A DNA stretch of 64,000 bases, taken from assembly GCA_051362555.1 (NCBI GenBank), contig CM120640.1, positions 51,190,788-51,254,787 on the forward strand, written 5' to 3'. The translations under genes were made by a program, and so were the position numbers. Origin of the DNA: Lingula anatina. Lineage: Eukaryota > Animalia > Brachiopoda. The notes below the pieces were generated by a model. That model made no database searches. It was not told where the DNA came from and saw only the letters and a list, made by a program, of their open reading frames with translations. Shown here one piece after another: positions 1-14,011 of the stretch. Each line of letters opens with the position of its first letter. Position 1 is the first letter of the stretch.

Positions 1-1206
1 ACAGAACAGCTACGATTTTTTTCAAAACCATGTAGCGATAAATAGATAGCACTTAGTACGATATGTAAATAAACTATTCAATTCGATTAAAAATTTCAAC
101 ATTTTCACAGGTATGTATTTCCTTGTTCGATTCACATAAAATTCGTGTTTTGACAGCATCGAAACAAAACGTATCTCTATCTTTGATATTTCCTTTTAAG
201 CGGATAGAATGTGGCAATCTCATTATCATTATTTGAAGAGGAAATTAATACATTACAAGCAAACGCTTTTTATTTTGAACAATCTTTTCATTTCGCAGTA
301 TGTTTTACTTCATTAATAAGCAAGCGAGGCACTGATATGCCTTTCTATCTTCTTTGCGTCTTAAAAGACACAAATGATCTGTTATTAATCTGATTAAATT
401 ACCTGGCTATTCTCATGATGTCGGAAATAGGAAGACACCGAGAGGTGCAGGTAAACCGATGTCTTTTCTTCTCGCACGCGCCGTGAACGCCGTGTATGAA
501 TGTGCAAAGTGGATTCTTTTCAAGCTTAATCAACAAAGTGGTTCTGGAGAGCGTGACTGCCTGTTACTACCCTCTGCGCCGTGTTATTTAGACGTGTTTC
601 ACACGGTCCATTGCAAAGAAATATAGCCACAGCGAATAATTTTCATGGAGACATATGCTGTCAAGATAAAACTAATTACAGTTATTCTCGAATTCTGGGC
701 TTATTTTCGCGTAATTGCTGCGCGGCCTTCATTGTCTACCGCTCCTCACACCAAGTTCATATAAGGGGACATCTTGAACACGCCTGATGTCAGTATCCAG
801 TGTTGATGACTTGAGCTATTGAAAAAATTTAATATACATTTCCTCTTACGATTCAAATACAATTTACTCAATTCAAGCCACTTGCCTTTAGTTTTCTTTT
901 TTTATCGGAGAACAAATGAAGAGAAATAATAGATATATATGTCATCGTAAAGCAACCTGATTGATTGTGATGTTCCGTGGGGTTTAAATATTACACGCAC
1001 ACAATTTACCTAATGACATCTCCTACCTAAGTGGTCGTCTAACAAAGCTCGGTTTCATTTTAACGAAAATAAGTACTTAAAATACGAACCAACGGAGAGA
1101 TATCTTACCAAGCGCAGGTAACAAAATAGTAACAGTTGTTCTTTTCAAAATCAGCGTTCTGCTCTATTGTCTGCACACGCGCAATTCCAGGCACATATGG
1201 TGTAAA

Positions 1207-1209
<3 letters not shown>

Positions 1210-1251
<42 letters not shown>

Positions 1252-1290
1252 GCACACGCGCTCGCTCGCTCTCTCTCTCTCCCTCTCTCT
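1210..1290. repeat. Compound microsatellite (CT)n(CA)n(CGCT)n(CT)n
   Basis: Direct reading: ctctctct... cacacaca... gctcgctcgc tctctctc. It lies ~3.8 kb upstream of the SKOR coding exon and may be a GAGA-type promoter tract. Confidence 0.95.
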
Positions 1291-3129
1291 TTTTTCGTTG
1301 TTCGTTGTCGTAAACAAGGGTAAACATTATTATCTTATTTCACTTGTTGAATCCGCTCCGAGAATTTTTATTCACAGTCAGAATTGCTCAAATTTCAACT
1401 CCTGTACGATCTGTGCTTTTGATTGATCCGGTGCTAATTACATGCAACTACGTTTACTTGAACTGATGATGAATCTAGAAGGACAGATTAGTTAATTGCA
1501 ATTAGCTGACTTCTGCGGACAGACTGTCATCTGTCTTTCACATGTCAGTCAGTAGTTAAATGTCCTCTTTCAGAAATTAATTAAGCACACCATGGATGCA
1601 GTGACATTTACAGGCATACTAAGACGGCCTGTTTCATTTATTTGCCGAGCAATATTATTTCAGCTTTTACCACTCGCTTGCTTTTTTAAAAAAAATACGC
1701 AGTTTAAATGATCAACGCCCTTTTTGAATATGTTATAATACTGGAACCAAATATGAGCCAAATGAAAATATGAAACTCTTACATTGTACAATCAAATTCA
1801 TTTTACGATGAGGTCTCTTCTACAATTTTATTTGAGTTTGGGGTGACCAATTGTATTCATACGTTACCTGCTTAAATACGATAGTAATTATATTTTTCCG
1901 TTTTTCATAAGTTTTTTTCTTTTTATTGTTGCTTGCAACATTCTTGCTTGCTTGCTTAGTTTGTGTTATCGTGGACCTAACTACTCTTGCTTCCAATAGA
2001 CTTACAATTCTCACTCCACCATTTCTCCTTATCTTATCTCTTCAAAAATTTGTCTTTTGATATTTCATATTTTTACATAGTTTTTTTCTGGTTTTATTTT
2101 AAATCTTTTTATTGACTATTCCCTTTTCCCGGTCTCTTGGCGAACTGCTTTTGCCCCGTCAGTAAGAAAAATGCTAGTATCCATTTTTATTTGTAGTACT
2201 TTTCTTTTCATAGCAGAAAAACCCTTTAAAACCCCTTGTAATTTCACAAAACTGAAACATTGGAATGCAAACTGCCAATTATGTTTTTCAATGATTCTAA
2301 ATAATTGCAATTGTTTGTTTGTTGTTAATTTCCATGTTTACTTCTCGACTATTTACGTTAATCAAACTATTGATTATTTATTTATTTTTGATTGTCAGCA
2401 TTCACTGACACTTGCCGTTTACATTTATCTTTATTTTCTTCTTTGATAAACCCGATTTTTCCTAGCTGTTGCCACAAATGACATGATGATGCCCTCACGT
2501 GGATATTACAAAATGCACAAAAATTCCTTGTAAACGACATACAGTATCTGAGGTTTTTCTATCGAGTCGAATAACATTTACTTATAATAGAATAAAGTCA
2601 AATACTTGATCAAATTAATTCAAAAACAACAGAGAACCCAAAGGAAAAAACGGACGTTTCCTTGGGCTTACTTGTCACTATTGTCAGCCTTTTATTTTCC
2701 AATGGAAATGTCAACAAACACTACGAACCTTGATTAGATGCACTTTAATAAAGGTCAACGGCATGCTATTTAATCTATTTGAAACTGCAGCATGATGACT
2801 CTATGACAGTTAATCGTGTCTCTTGAGAAGTTATACAAACAAATATCATTTACTGATGTTTTAATGTAATCACATGTGATTTTTATGAAAACTTGTCTAG
2901 ATTTACATTTTTTTTTGTGATAAACCTTGACGTATTTGCTAAAAGTAAATGATCATGAACTATTTTTTGAAAAATTACCTGAATGTAGTTAAACTAGGAC
3001 GAGCATTTACAAATAAAACTGACCTGTCTGGTGTTTATATAGAAAACACACTAGTTCATAGTTATATATAAAGGATAGAAAGCACATTTCAAATCATAAG
3101 ACTTAACATCCCAGTGTCAATAGAAAATG

Positions 3130-3760
3130 AAAATATGATGGAAAAAACATACTGGTGAAAAAAAAGCAATTCTTCAAAGTTAAAGACAGCCTTAAACTAA
3201 AAAAACTATTAACCAGTGCGGAATTTAGTTCCAATACACTACCAATATATGAAATCAATAAAAAAACGTATAAAGTAAGCACACGTACATGTACAGGTTC
3301 AAGTTGCGACATTCTCAAATACCAGCAGACGTTCAAAAATGGGAGGAAATTTTTGAATGTATACAAAAATAAACTACAAATCGTAACAAGTATACCATGC
3401 CAAACATGTGGCGAAACCTACACTGGACACACTTGATAGCAGAGAAACACAAACAACAATTTAAGTAAAGAGAAATCAGACAAATACCACTTAGTGAACA
3501 CAATGAATTTGCACAGTGGAAAAGTCAAATTTATTTTCCGTATATTGAACATAAGAAACGATGACAACTGAGGAAAGATATTGGAGAAAAAGTTCCGACA
3601 GCAATATAAAAAACGAGAAGACGGTAAACAAGTGTTAAAATGAATTGCTAAAACAGAATGTTTAAACTGTGCATGATGTCTCAATATAATGTCGCCTATT
3701 ATCTGCAATGAAGACACAACCCTAACAAATGAGGAAAGATTTTGGAGAAAGAAAAACAAA
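3130..3760 (+). mobile_element. Decayed Penelope-like retroelement fragment (GIY-YIG endonuclease region)
   Basis: ORF 3155-3436 reads KKLLTSAEF...TFKNGRKF...IVTSIPCQTCGETYTGHT. After stops and frameshifts it continues HKQQ..EIRQIPLSEH. This resembles the PLE GIY-YIG pattern (IYxIxCxxCxExYIGxT...HRQQI...PLSEH). Recognised by motif memory only; heavily degenerate. Confidence 0.55.
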
Positions 3761-5066
3761 CAAATTACAATCAATGTATATCATGATATACATGATATAC
3801 AATCAATGTATATCATGTATATTCGATTTATCCAATTTGCAACATTTACTACTTTTTCTCTTTGGCACTTTTTATTTTTATAAAAATATCAACAGTCATG
3901 TGGTCAATAAAACATTTCTCTTCGTGGTTATTTATAAGTTCAACCCTTCTCATATTTTCCAAGTTGTTTGAACATTTTCGTTAAAAACCACAGGAAATTG
4001 AACGTTATTCATTACTTAGTGACAGTTGCGTGCGGCACACGACTCTTATCACTTTGCAAAACTACTATCCACTTCACTTAATTAAGTAACTAGATAAACA
4101 TCTATGTTTAAAATATCATGGGTACATGCAATCCAAAAAAAGTAGGTTTTATCGGCTGTATTAAAGGTAATTTTATGCGCTTCTTGACTCTCTCACGAAG
4201 CACTGCTTGTATTACTAACAAGTGATTGTTCGGCCGCGCGTTTATTCTATCACAACCTGGCTTACTTTTGTTATTTTTCTTGTACAAATTCCAATTTCAA
4301 TTCCAAATGAATCTACAGTGACACGCCAGACTCTTCTATTCTAGCTACAGCAATGTAGCTAAACAATATACATACGGTATATGCCACGCCTCGAAAGAAC
4401 AATACACGACTTTGTATGTTGTTAATGTAAGAGTGGTAAATGTGACATTAAAACTCTTTTCGCTTTCACAAGCTTACATGCATGTTCTTTTTAAGGATGA
4501 ACTTCAACTAAAATAGCTTATATGTTGATTAACCCAACATTTCTATATTTTCCTGTGTCTGTCAAACTAAAGCGCACAATTTAAATCAATCCGTAATAAT
4601 TTTTCATGATTTCCAAGAAAAAAATGTATTTCAAATCGATCACCTACTCCCATGACAATTTGTGTGTCATCGCATGAGTCATTTATAAAATTGAATGTTT
4701 CACTGCTAAAAAACGAACAGTTACTACATTATACTAATACGTACGAAAGGATCTGGACAGGTTAACTTTTATTTGCCTCATAATTATGAAATAACTATCA
4801 ACGTCGACATTTGTGCCAAGCGTACATGACCTACCATACAAGTAAGTTAAATTTAACTGACAGACCAGTATGTGATATTTAATTTTAATTTTAATTTTTT
4901 ACTGCAATTTAATTCTAATAATTCGATATTCAAACGATATCAGCTGTGCAAACTGGTACATTTTTGGTATGCAAACTCGAACGGGTACATACGCTGTCAA
5001 TACCCATAATTGTACAGAGAGTTTTTTCTTAGTTACGGAAGTTAGCTTTTGTTTCAGATAACAAAG

Positions 5067-8000
5067 ATGGAATTCAGAGTCCTCCCCGAGTCGGCGAATG
5101 GTTCTGCTCCGCTGGAGACAAACGCCTCACCAAATGACCATCATCTCCCCAGTTCCTCCAAGACTCAAGACGACGGCTGTGCCAATGGCGGGGCCATTCT
5201 CCGTCAAAACCATGTTGGCTTCGTCATGCTGCATGGGGTTCGTATAGTGTCTTTGCACATTGACGGAAAGGAAAGACTGTGTTTGGCCCAGATATCTAAC
5301 ACACTCCTCAAAGATTTCAGCTACAATGAGATCCACAATCGCCGCGTCGCCCTGGGCATCACTTGTGTGCAGTGTACCCCGGTTCAGCTGGAGATCCTGC
5401 GCCGCGCCGGTGCAATGCCCGTTTCCTCCCGCCGGTGTGGTATGATCACAAAAAGAGAGGCAGAGCGCTTGGTGCGGTCCTTTCTGGAAGACAATACACC
5501 GCCACGCCTTCCAGAGAACTTTTGCTTCGATGTCCATCATGAATGTGGATGGGGCTGCAGGGGGAGTTTCACTCCGTCTCGTTATAACAGCTCTAGAGCT
5601 AAATGCATCAAATGCAGCTATTGCGGCATGTTTTTCTCGCCAAACAAATTTATTTTTCACTGTCACCGTACCCCCAATGCCAAGTATGTCCACCCTGATG
5701 CAGCTAATTTTAACTCGTGGCGACGGCACTTGAAACTGATCAACAAAACCGGTCTATGCGATTTAGATTACGCCTGGGAGGATGTAAAGGCTATGTTCAA
5801 CGGTGGGAGTCGAAAAAGGGTTCTACCATCTCAGAATCGTAACTCTGGGGGGCAAAGTGAGAGACCACAGAAGCAACCGCATCTCAGCGAGCATTCACTG
5901 GAGACAAACTCCACCAAAGTAAGCTATCCGTTCCCCGTTCTCCCGACGCCCTCTCCGTATGTACCCTTTCCAACACACATGATGAATCCACGTGCACCGC
6001 CTCACCCAGCATTTCCCTTCACACCGTCATCCTCTGCCCCTTACCGTGCTCTCTCCGGGCCAGACAACGGGGCCGAGCAAGGGCAGATGCGAGACTTTTT
6101 GAAGGACAAATACGCACCTTTCTTCTATCACTATAATAGTATGTGGGCAAAATCTTTGGGCCTTACCCCAGCTATGATGGAGCAGTATGTTAACATAGCG
6201 AAAATGAACGATCGCATGGACACCTCTTTCTCCTCGCCAAATTTTCAGCAAATGTTTCAACAATTAGAAGATAGAAGAGTGGAGAGGGAAATTAACTTGG
6301 GGAGAATCGAAATGAAAAAGAAAGCGGAGGGTAGTAAAGTCTCTCGCTCTGAAGCACCTCTGAAAACCAACACAACCCGACAGGACGATTTTCGGCACAT
6401 TTCAGCATTTAAACCAATTGGAAAAGAAGCTAATTTCCTATCAGGGTTCCCCAAAAGTAATTACAAATCAAAGACACCATTAGATCAGGAAAGCATGGGT
6501 GACAACAGCCACTTGAACATCTATGACAGTGACAAAGATGATGTAGAAGTTGATGTGTGTAGCGATGACAGTACTCAGCCTGGTGTTTTGTCGCCAGCGC
6601 CATCATCACGCAGTAAGATCTGCTCAAGCCATCATTTAAGAAACGATAAGCCTCTCAACCTCCGTGTCTCCGCTTCTCACGGCGAACCGCATGAGGAACC
6701 TTCGGCTCCCGCCGCCGCCAGTGTTACCATGACAAGTGACACCGGAGAAGTCAGCCAGACATTTCAGGATTCTTTGACAGTAGAATCGAAGGTGAGAAAA
6801 AAATACGCAACTAGATATATTTCTTTCTTCTTTTTCATTTCATCTTCGTTTACTTTTTCTTTTGTTATTTTGACATTTAAAAAGGCATTTTAGGATTGTT
6901 AGAATTGAGGTATTTGAAGAATTAAAAAAAATATCTTAAGGTTTTTATTAACAATGTCATCACCACGTATTCAATAAATACATGACGCATAAGGCAACAA
7001 AAGACCACCTGCCAATATGAAAAACACAGGAGAGACTTGTTTAAACAAGAAAACGAAATATGATATGCAGAGAATTTAAGCACGATTTCTCAACAGGCTG
7101 TGATTTCGAGTAACTGGAAGCGGAGGGAAATAATTACATTTTACTCTAGAGCTAAAGAATGCATACAATACAGAAATTGGTAATCCAATTAGCAAATTGA
7201 TATTCTCTTCGAACACCAAAATTTGTGTGATTAGTCTATTGTCCCTGCCACTTGTTTAATTCAAATAGCTTCGGGATGCGCATGTTTATTTTGTATAAGT
7301 GCAGAAAGATATATCTTCCGTAATCGCTATCAACAAGTCCATTTGTATTTCGAAGATTATTTTCATAGTGATTACGGTCTAGTGAAGACTGAAAGGGGGT
7401 GATGATTTCACAAAAATCGCTATCCACTTAACGGCAATTGATGTCTCAAACCAAATATCAATGACGATGTCGAACGCTTTAACAAAGATTGTCATCCATT
7501 ACAGGAAATTGCTGGTATTTAGTACCCATTAAATATTAAAATTTAATCAAAAGATTACTCCTTTACACCCAGCCATGAACATTGCAATTAACTGTGACAG
7601 TGAATGAGCTTTTGTCGTTAAGTAGGCCACTACCTCGTGCAGAATGTATTTATGCCCAAGCAACCAGAAATATCAGACAGGATGAAATGGCGCTTTAACT
7701 TGTTTAATCTTCATAATGGTCCAGTTTATTATTCATATCCCAGTGGCGGTAAATAATGGGCTTGGCAATCATAGATATTGTGACAACACGTTAGATTAAA
7801 TATTCAGTGGGTTAAATTGTTGTTATGGTGGAATTATAGCACTTAACGAATTTGATCGCGAATTACATGTACAATAGTGCGTGCCTCCCTTGGGTGAGAG
7901 TTAGTAAACTGCGACGATTAATTCCGTCAAGTTCTGATTAACGGTTGTAAAGACCTAAAAATGATGATTATACTTCTACAGCTGCCAGTAATTATGACGT

Positions 8001-9770
8001 TTACTTATTTTTTCCTTTCTTTTAGGGTTGTTCTGAAGAATCTGAGGGAAAAGAAGAACCAGGTAAATGTGCTGCATTTGGTCTTCTCCTGTTGTTGAGT
8101 AACAGCTTGATTATTTTGCCCCTTGTAGACCTACTAAAGTGAAAACAAGTAAATGAAAAATACTACATGTAAATAACTACGTGTATGATGGCGGTGTAAT
8201 GCCATTCTGTATGCATGCATCTGCTCTGGAACTTTGTTCAAGCGATGATAAATTATTATGATTATTATTATTGTTATTCATAAAGCAATAACCACAAAAA
8301 AATCACAGACCCATCAGTCTGTTAATAGGACGTGTAGTACCACTCTAAAGCTGTTATTTAAAGTATCCTTAAATGAATGATTTCTAAAGGAAAAGTTCTA
8401 GGTTTTCCTCTTTCAATCTGTCATTTGTTAAGTCTCAGCTTGAACTTTCAGATGAGAATGCAAATAACACCAGTAGTCTACCAGTGAATGAACGCAACAT
8501 TGATATCACTGCTCTGGATAAGATGTCCAAAGGTAAAGTTCCATGCTTCAATAATTTAAAGCCATGTTTTATTTAAACTTTGAACATCTTATTTGATTCC
8601 ATTCTTTCTCCATCCTGGTTAATTGCAAGTGACGGAATAAAAAGCCTTAAGTCTTGCAAATGTGCCCTCTTGAGTGATATTCCTTACAGATCGATATCAA
8701 AATGTGATCGAGTGACCAAAGTTTTCAATATGAAATGAATTTGGTTTGGGTATTATAATATTTCCCAAATTGTGACAATTCTATCATATACAAATAAATT
8801 ACAAAAGACTATGTATGATTTATGACATTCTAACCAAAGACTATTCCTTCCCATACTTCCTCTTATGATCAGAGCAAACCATTAATTGGTAGAACTAAAT
8901 GACAGCAGTCGTAACACTGGCTTCGCTCCTAAGTAATCACGACGCTTAGAAATTAGTTCATGAGTAAATGAATAGACTGGCCGAGGATTCTCATCCTGTA
9001 TTTTGCATAACAGATAATGAAATGGGATTGTCGCGCGACACAGTCGTAAATTACCGCAGTAGTCTCGTTATTTAAATTGATATTGGTTGGCTTTGTGCAA
9101 GACTCAGGATCGATAACTGAATTAGAGTAGAAATGTCAGGTATGTTACGGAAAGCAACAGTCTCACCTGGGAGATGACATCCCGTCCTAAGCCCCCGTTA
9201 ATAGATTACTCTCCATTTAAAGTCGACATGTCCCATGCCTAATCAGCATCGAGTTCTGTTCTTAATGTGCTTATCAATAATTACATAGACACGTTTAAGC
9301 TCTATTTCTTCCCAAGGGATAGAACGCAAAGGCTTTATTTGCTGGGACGTATATTAATTAATTAGCAAACCATCTTCTCTTTGCATTCATTGGATCCTGA
9401 TTTTTCCGCTGTGGGACTCCAAGATAGATTTAATTGCTTTATGCAACTGTCCAAATGTGAAAGGAGAAAAAACGATTAGGTTTATGAACAAAATAACAAA
9501 ACAACTGATCACAAATGTGATCTTAGATAAAGGGTTAACAAAGTGCTATTGCATCCGATGACTTGATTATATGTTTAGTCTTTGTATATTCAGTCATTCT
9601 GAATTTCGCAATTTGATGTCTAGCTTAGGGGTAGTTTGTGAGATAAGAGAACATATCTGCTAATGAGTCTTTTCTTTCATTCAGATGAACTTCAGCGCGA
9701 GCTGTTGCGCCTCATGCACGGCAGAACGAAATCGGAAGAATTGGGTCAAAAGGGAGGATCATCAGGCTAG
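5067..9770 (+). CDS. SKOR: SKI family transcriptional corepressor (SKOR1/SKOR2/fussel-like), ~642 aa
   Basis: Exons 5067-6791 (acceptor at 5057, ATG 5067), 8026-8062, 8452-8532 and 9685-9770 (TAG); all GT-AG and phase-compatible. Ski/Sno (DHD) domain ERLCLAQISNTLLKDFSYNEIHNRRVALGITCVQCTPVQLEILRRAGAMPVSSRRCGMITKREAERL; SAND-like domain HECGWGCRGSFTPSRYNSSRAKCIKCSYCGMFFSPNKFIFH; SAFKP motif; C-terminal LDKMSKDELQRELL coiled-coil start. Confidence 0.93.
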
Positions 9771-11740
9771 TAGTGTTTAACACATAGCAGACACAGAGAC
9801 GTCAAATACAATGATTAAATGTTCAACGTTTTGATAATATGAAAATTAGAATAAATGGATAAATAGAAAGAAAGGAATTATTAGAATATAAGATATTCAT
9901 TTCAGGCGAATATTCTAAAGAAATTAGAACTACTAATAACCATGGCTTGTAACTGTGATTTAAGTGCGATAAATTTTATTATCAGAGGTTTTCATGCCAG
10001 CCGTTTCGTCGAAGATGACTTAATTGAATATAATGTAAGAAATCGGCATTGTTGAAATTGTTGTTAAAGTTGTTGTCATGGATGTTGTTCTTAATTTTTG
10101 TCCACTATAGATCTTCATTATATATAGGGAGAGCGGATAACCGCATGCACATTGTATGTATCATACCGCATTTGTTCGAGAAGTTAAAACTAAATTTAAC
10201 AGACGAAATTGCAAAATCATTAAGACTGTTGCGATAGCAAAATAGCACATTCGCCATATCCACTGTGTTTAAGCGATAGAGTTAAAATGTACATTTGGTA
10301 TTTTTTTATTTTTTCAGTAATCATTTTTCAATATACCAAGCGAATTCTAGCTTTATTGATTGGTATTTTTCAGTTTTGAATATTGCAATTTATTACTATT
10401 TGTTTATTTGAATTTCTGCTTACTCAAGACGACGCAGTATGGTTGAGTTCCACGATTCCTGTATCAAATGATTTGAAGTGCATCGCTGCGTATTTCATAT
10501 CGTAATAAAGTATGTTGTGAACAGAAAACTGACCTTTAGTCACTTTTTTTTCAAATGCGTATGCCTCTATTACCCCATTGACTGCTCTTCATATCAAAGG
10601 GGCAGATTACAAAAGTAAATTCTTATTCAAATAACACATAGGTTGTTGTGTCCCATTTATTAGTCTTTTTGAAATTACTCTTTGATATTTTTCTTTTCAT
10701 TAAAAAATGAATTGAAAAGTTAAAAAAAATTGAGTAAATCGTTGAACTGAGTTAGAAAAAAGTCTGTATGCACCACACAAGTAGATAATATATGTACAGT
10801 AACTTACCCGCTTAAAATCTGCTATCCTAATATTTCTAAAGCGTAAAAAGTAATGATAAATACACCATCAAACAGATTTTGATACTTCTCCACCTGTAAC
10901 GTCAACTTCATCGTATTTATTTATTTGAAATACAGAACTCAAAATTGTTTCTTTGGTCATGTTTAAATGCTTTGTTACCCAGCAATAATCCATCACCATT
11001 ATCTCTCACGAGCATATCTGACATAGAAATTAATTTTTTTTCACATCTACTGAAGAGCTTATATTTAAGTCATATTAAATCAATAAATCACGAAATCGGC
11101 TTTATTCCACAGTGGAGACCGGATCGCGTTCGGCGCCTTTTGGTTTGATAGGCTGTACGGTAACTAAACGACGGATTTCTAAAAACAGAAAGATCAGATA
11201 GATCTGAATAGTCTCTTTAAATACACTGTACATTGTTTAAACCTATGCGTTTTCAAGTAATTCAGTTAACCTTTGGGCACATGACCAAACACTATTACGG
11301 TTCCTTGTTTTATGAACATTTATCTGATAGGCTATTTTGGATATGAAAATACCAATAACGTTGCTTAGATTGATATATATTTTGACATATATTTATAGGA
11401 AATACCCGAGATTGATTTTATAAATATTTTGAAAATTCTAATTTTTTTTATTTGTGTTCTTTATCGTTGAAATAGGCCTCTATTTTGATTTAGATGGTTG
11501 ATGTGCAACCCTGTAAACAATTTTATTAAAATAACATTGAGCACCTAACTGGGCCTACAAGCTCGTGAAGATGCAGACTCGAAACAATAGGCCTACTTTA
11601 ATTTAAAAGCCACTTACTGCATACGAGGATGGAATTGCAGCTAAAATTCGCCATGTATTTCAAAAATTTTCACCCACGTTGGTGGCACGACACTTAATGT
11701 TTATGCTCGTTTAAAACGCATAACCAATCATCAGATGTTT

Positions 11741-12132
11741 AGTCCGAGACACGGGGCACACGTTCAGCCCCTGCTAAACTTGAGCTAACTTGAGATGCCG
11801 AACGTGCCCCAGAGCTCTGTTCCGAAGGTAGCTTACCATACAAACATAATTAACAATTTTAACAATGAACTACACTTTCTATACGCTCTTAGATAATACT
11901 GCATGGGGAGAAGCTAATTAAGATTTTCTACTCTAAAATAGACCCAAATTTCAAACCTAAAATTGTACTCGGCATGTAAAAAGAGTTTTTCTACCCTATG
12001 TTAGGAACGGAGAGCAACTCAGCTGCCATATTTTAAAAGAAAGCAGTCAATGCATAAATTGGCAATGTACAGATGTTGCTGCTTCACAGAAATTCAAAAT
12101 GTGATGTCCGAACGTGCCCCCGTCCCCCTACG
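11741..12132. mobile_element. Non-autonomous DNA transposon (pogo/Tc1-mariner-like MITE), degenerate left end
   Basis: The right end gtccgaacgtgcccccgtccccctacg is inversely matched by the left gacacggggcacacgttcag. There is an internal copy gatgccgaacgtgcccc at ~11794. No ORF. Confidence 0.5.
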
Positions 12133-13443
12133 ATAGCCTTAAGTCCCTAATGTGTTTAAACTTTATTTGAAAAGGAGCGCCAGAAAAATATTCTGGAAAA
12201 CGCGTTTGGATACAGTGTCGGACAGTGTTTGTAATGAACAAGCAAGCTGATAGTTTGCACCACACAAGATTAAAGTATCGAAAGCACTGTCAACATTAAT
12301 TTTTTTTACTAATATTCCATCTCGTGTGTAGGCTACTTACTTTTGAATAAACCCAATATTAAAAAATATTCAAAATATCAACTCCCATATATATGTATTT
12401 CTTAAATGATTAAACTTTATGATACAAATATTTAATGTTTTCTATTTAAAGCATCGAATTTTTGTATTGTGTATTGTACTGTGCATTGCATTATGTGATT
12501 CTTTTAATATTTCTGACAATGATCCCGTTTCATGATTCAGCTAGGCCATACTCGCACATCCTACCGTCTAGTAACAGCTTGTCTCTCCAACCTTTTTAGG
12601 TTGTGGTGTCGTTTTTATAGCATATCGAAGTACACCTGATATTCCCAGCAATTACCAACCCTCAGAGTAAAAACTTCCTATCTTTTTTCTTGTAACTTGT
12701 TCAGATCAAATGCACTATTTCGATGTAGGCAATAAGTAATACAATCCATACATTTCACATAATCTTCCGATTATGATCAATTCTTTTCCCCATTCACACT
12801 AGGCCTATATAGCCTTTTCGAAAAAAAAGTATTATGTATTGTCATTTTTCAATGATTACAGATGGTCACTGATGTCTGAAGCCAAGCAAGAGCTTATTGC
12901 TGCTTATTGATAAGTTCAGTTTGGGCACTTTCCAGAAGGAGGATGTTCTTATGTGATTTACGAATGATTTTCGCCATTCGACCCAATATCTGTCGTGCTT
13001 GATATTTTGCAAGGCGAAAGTTTTCCCTGTTCACTGGCAATCCATTTAATAATACAGTGCATGCTCACTATCAACTACCGTTGTGTAGGACCTACGCACA
13101 TAACACGACAAAATGACGTGCAGTGGGTTAGAGCAAAGACGTCCTTGGTTAGAGGAAGGAAATCATTCATAAGAGACCTATAGAATTAAAATAAGATATA
13201 CTCTGCAAATTCAACAATGACTTATGTACCCCGGTATGGTATTGTAGGCCTACATGTATACGTGCAGCTGAAGAATTGCTGAAAACTTGTAAGTAATAGG
13301 CCCAAGTTATGTACGGTAGAACTGAATTACAAGTAAAATGACGCAGGCATTTCACTCATACATCATATTTGAGGCATACGGTTTATCCAAATTGCATATT
13401 GTGTTTGTTCACCCTTTCCCCATTCCAATTAATGAGTGTTACG

Positions 13444-13800
13444 AGTCCTTTCACCATGACCATTGGGTGCCATCCACTCTCAGCAGGTTGGCTGTCATAG
13501 ATCGCCATCTCGATCTTTTGCAATTCGTATACTTTCTCTATATTTTTGATAAGTCCATTCTTTTATGTTGGCCATCCATGTTGTTCTTGGTCTACCTTTC
13601 CCACGTACACCATTAAACTTTCCATCCAATAACATATCCGCTACAATTTTTTTTCTTGTGATGTAGCCAAAATAATTTTCTTTTTTGGTGGTGTCCAATA
13701 ATGATCTTTTTATTTTTAGATTATTTACATTTCTTTTATGTTCATGATATTTCTAACACCCTTCTGCATACCCACATTTCAAACGTTTCCATTTTTTCAT
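13444..13800 (-). mobile_element. 5'-truncated RTE-clade LINE fragment (ORF C-terminus)
   Basis: Minus-strand translation KKMETFEMWVCRRVLEIS...KKENYFGYITRK...MLLDGKFNGVRGKGRPRTTWMANIKEWT matches the typical RTE/BovB C-terminal signature (FEMWxxRRxL...YFGHI.R...GKIEGKRxRGRPRxxW). Confidence 0.8.
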
Positions 13801-13909
13801 TGTTTTTTTTCCCTCTAGGCTGTGTTGACTAGATTGACCAGTCCTCTGCTATTATCTAATTGTCCATCTAATTGTGTTAGTTGTGGCACGAACACAATTT
13901 ACTCTGCCT

Positions 13910-14011
13910 AATACTTCCGGTGTAACAGTCGTAAATGGGTTCTTAAGCAGATGGCTTTCCGCGACTTACCATTGATAAAGATGAAACTGACGTCCTAGTA
14001 AAATACAAGGA
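13910..14011 (+). promoter_or_regulatory. Candidate ENL/AF9 core promoter/5'UTR with ETS-like and CRE-like motifs
   Basis: ACTTCCGG (ETS core) at ~13913 and TGACGT at ~13988, in a CpG-containing stretch immediately upstream of the ATG at 14012. Confidence 0.4.

Noticed and set aside
1105-1426. ORFs with ERER/SLSL/HTHT runs
   Set aside because: Translations of the CT/CA microsatellite.
1523-1545. CATCTG plus TTTCACA as a PTF1 (E-box/TC-box) site upstream of SKOR
   Set aside because: The spacing is shorter than the one-helical-turn arrangement expected for PTF1 sites.
5127-6627. Antisense and alternate-frame ORFs overlapping SKOR (e.g. 200 aa at 5127-5729)
   Set aside because: Shadow ORFs of a GC-richer coding exon; no recognisable domain.
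6792-6893. Hydrophobic C-terminal tail of the 614-aa ORF
   Set aside because: Read-through into the intron after the AAG|gtgaga donor; spliced downstream exons give a SKOR-like C-terminus.
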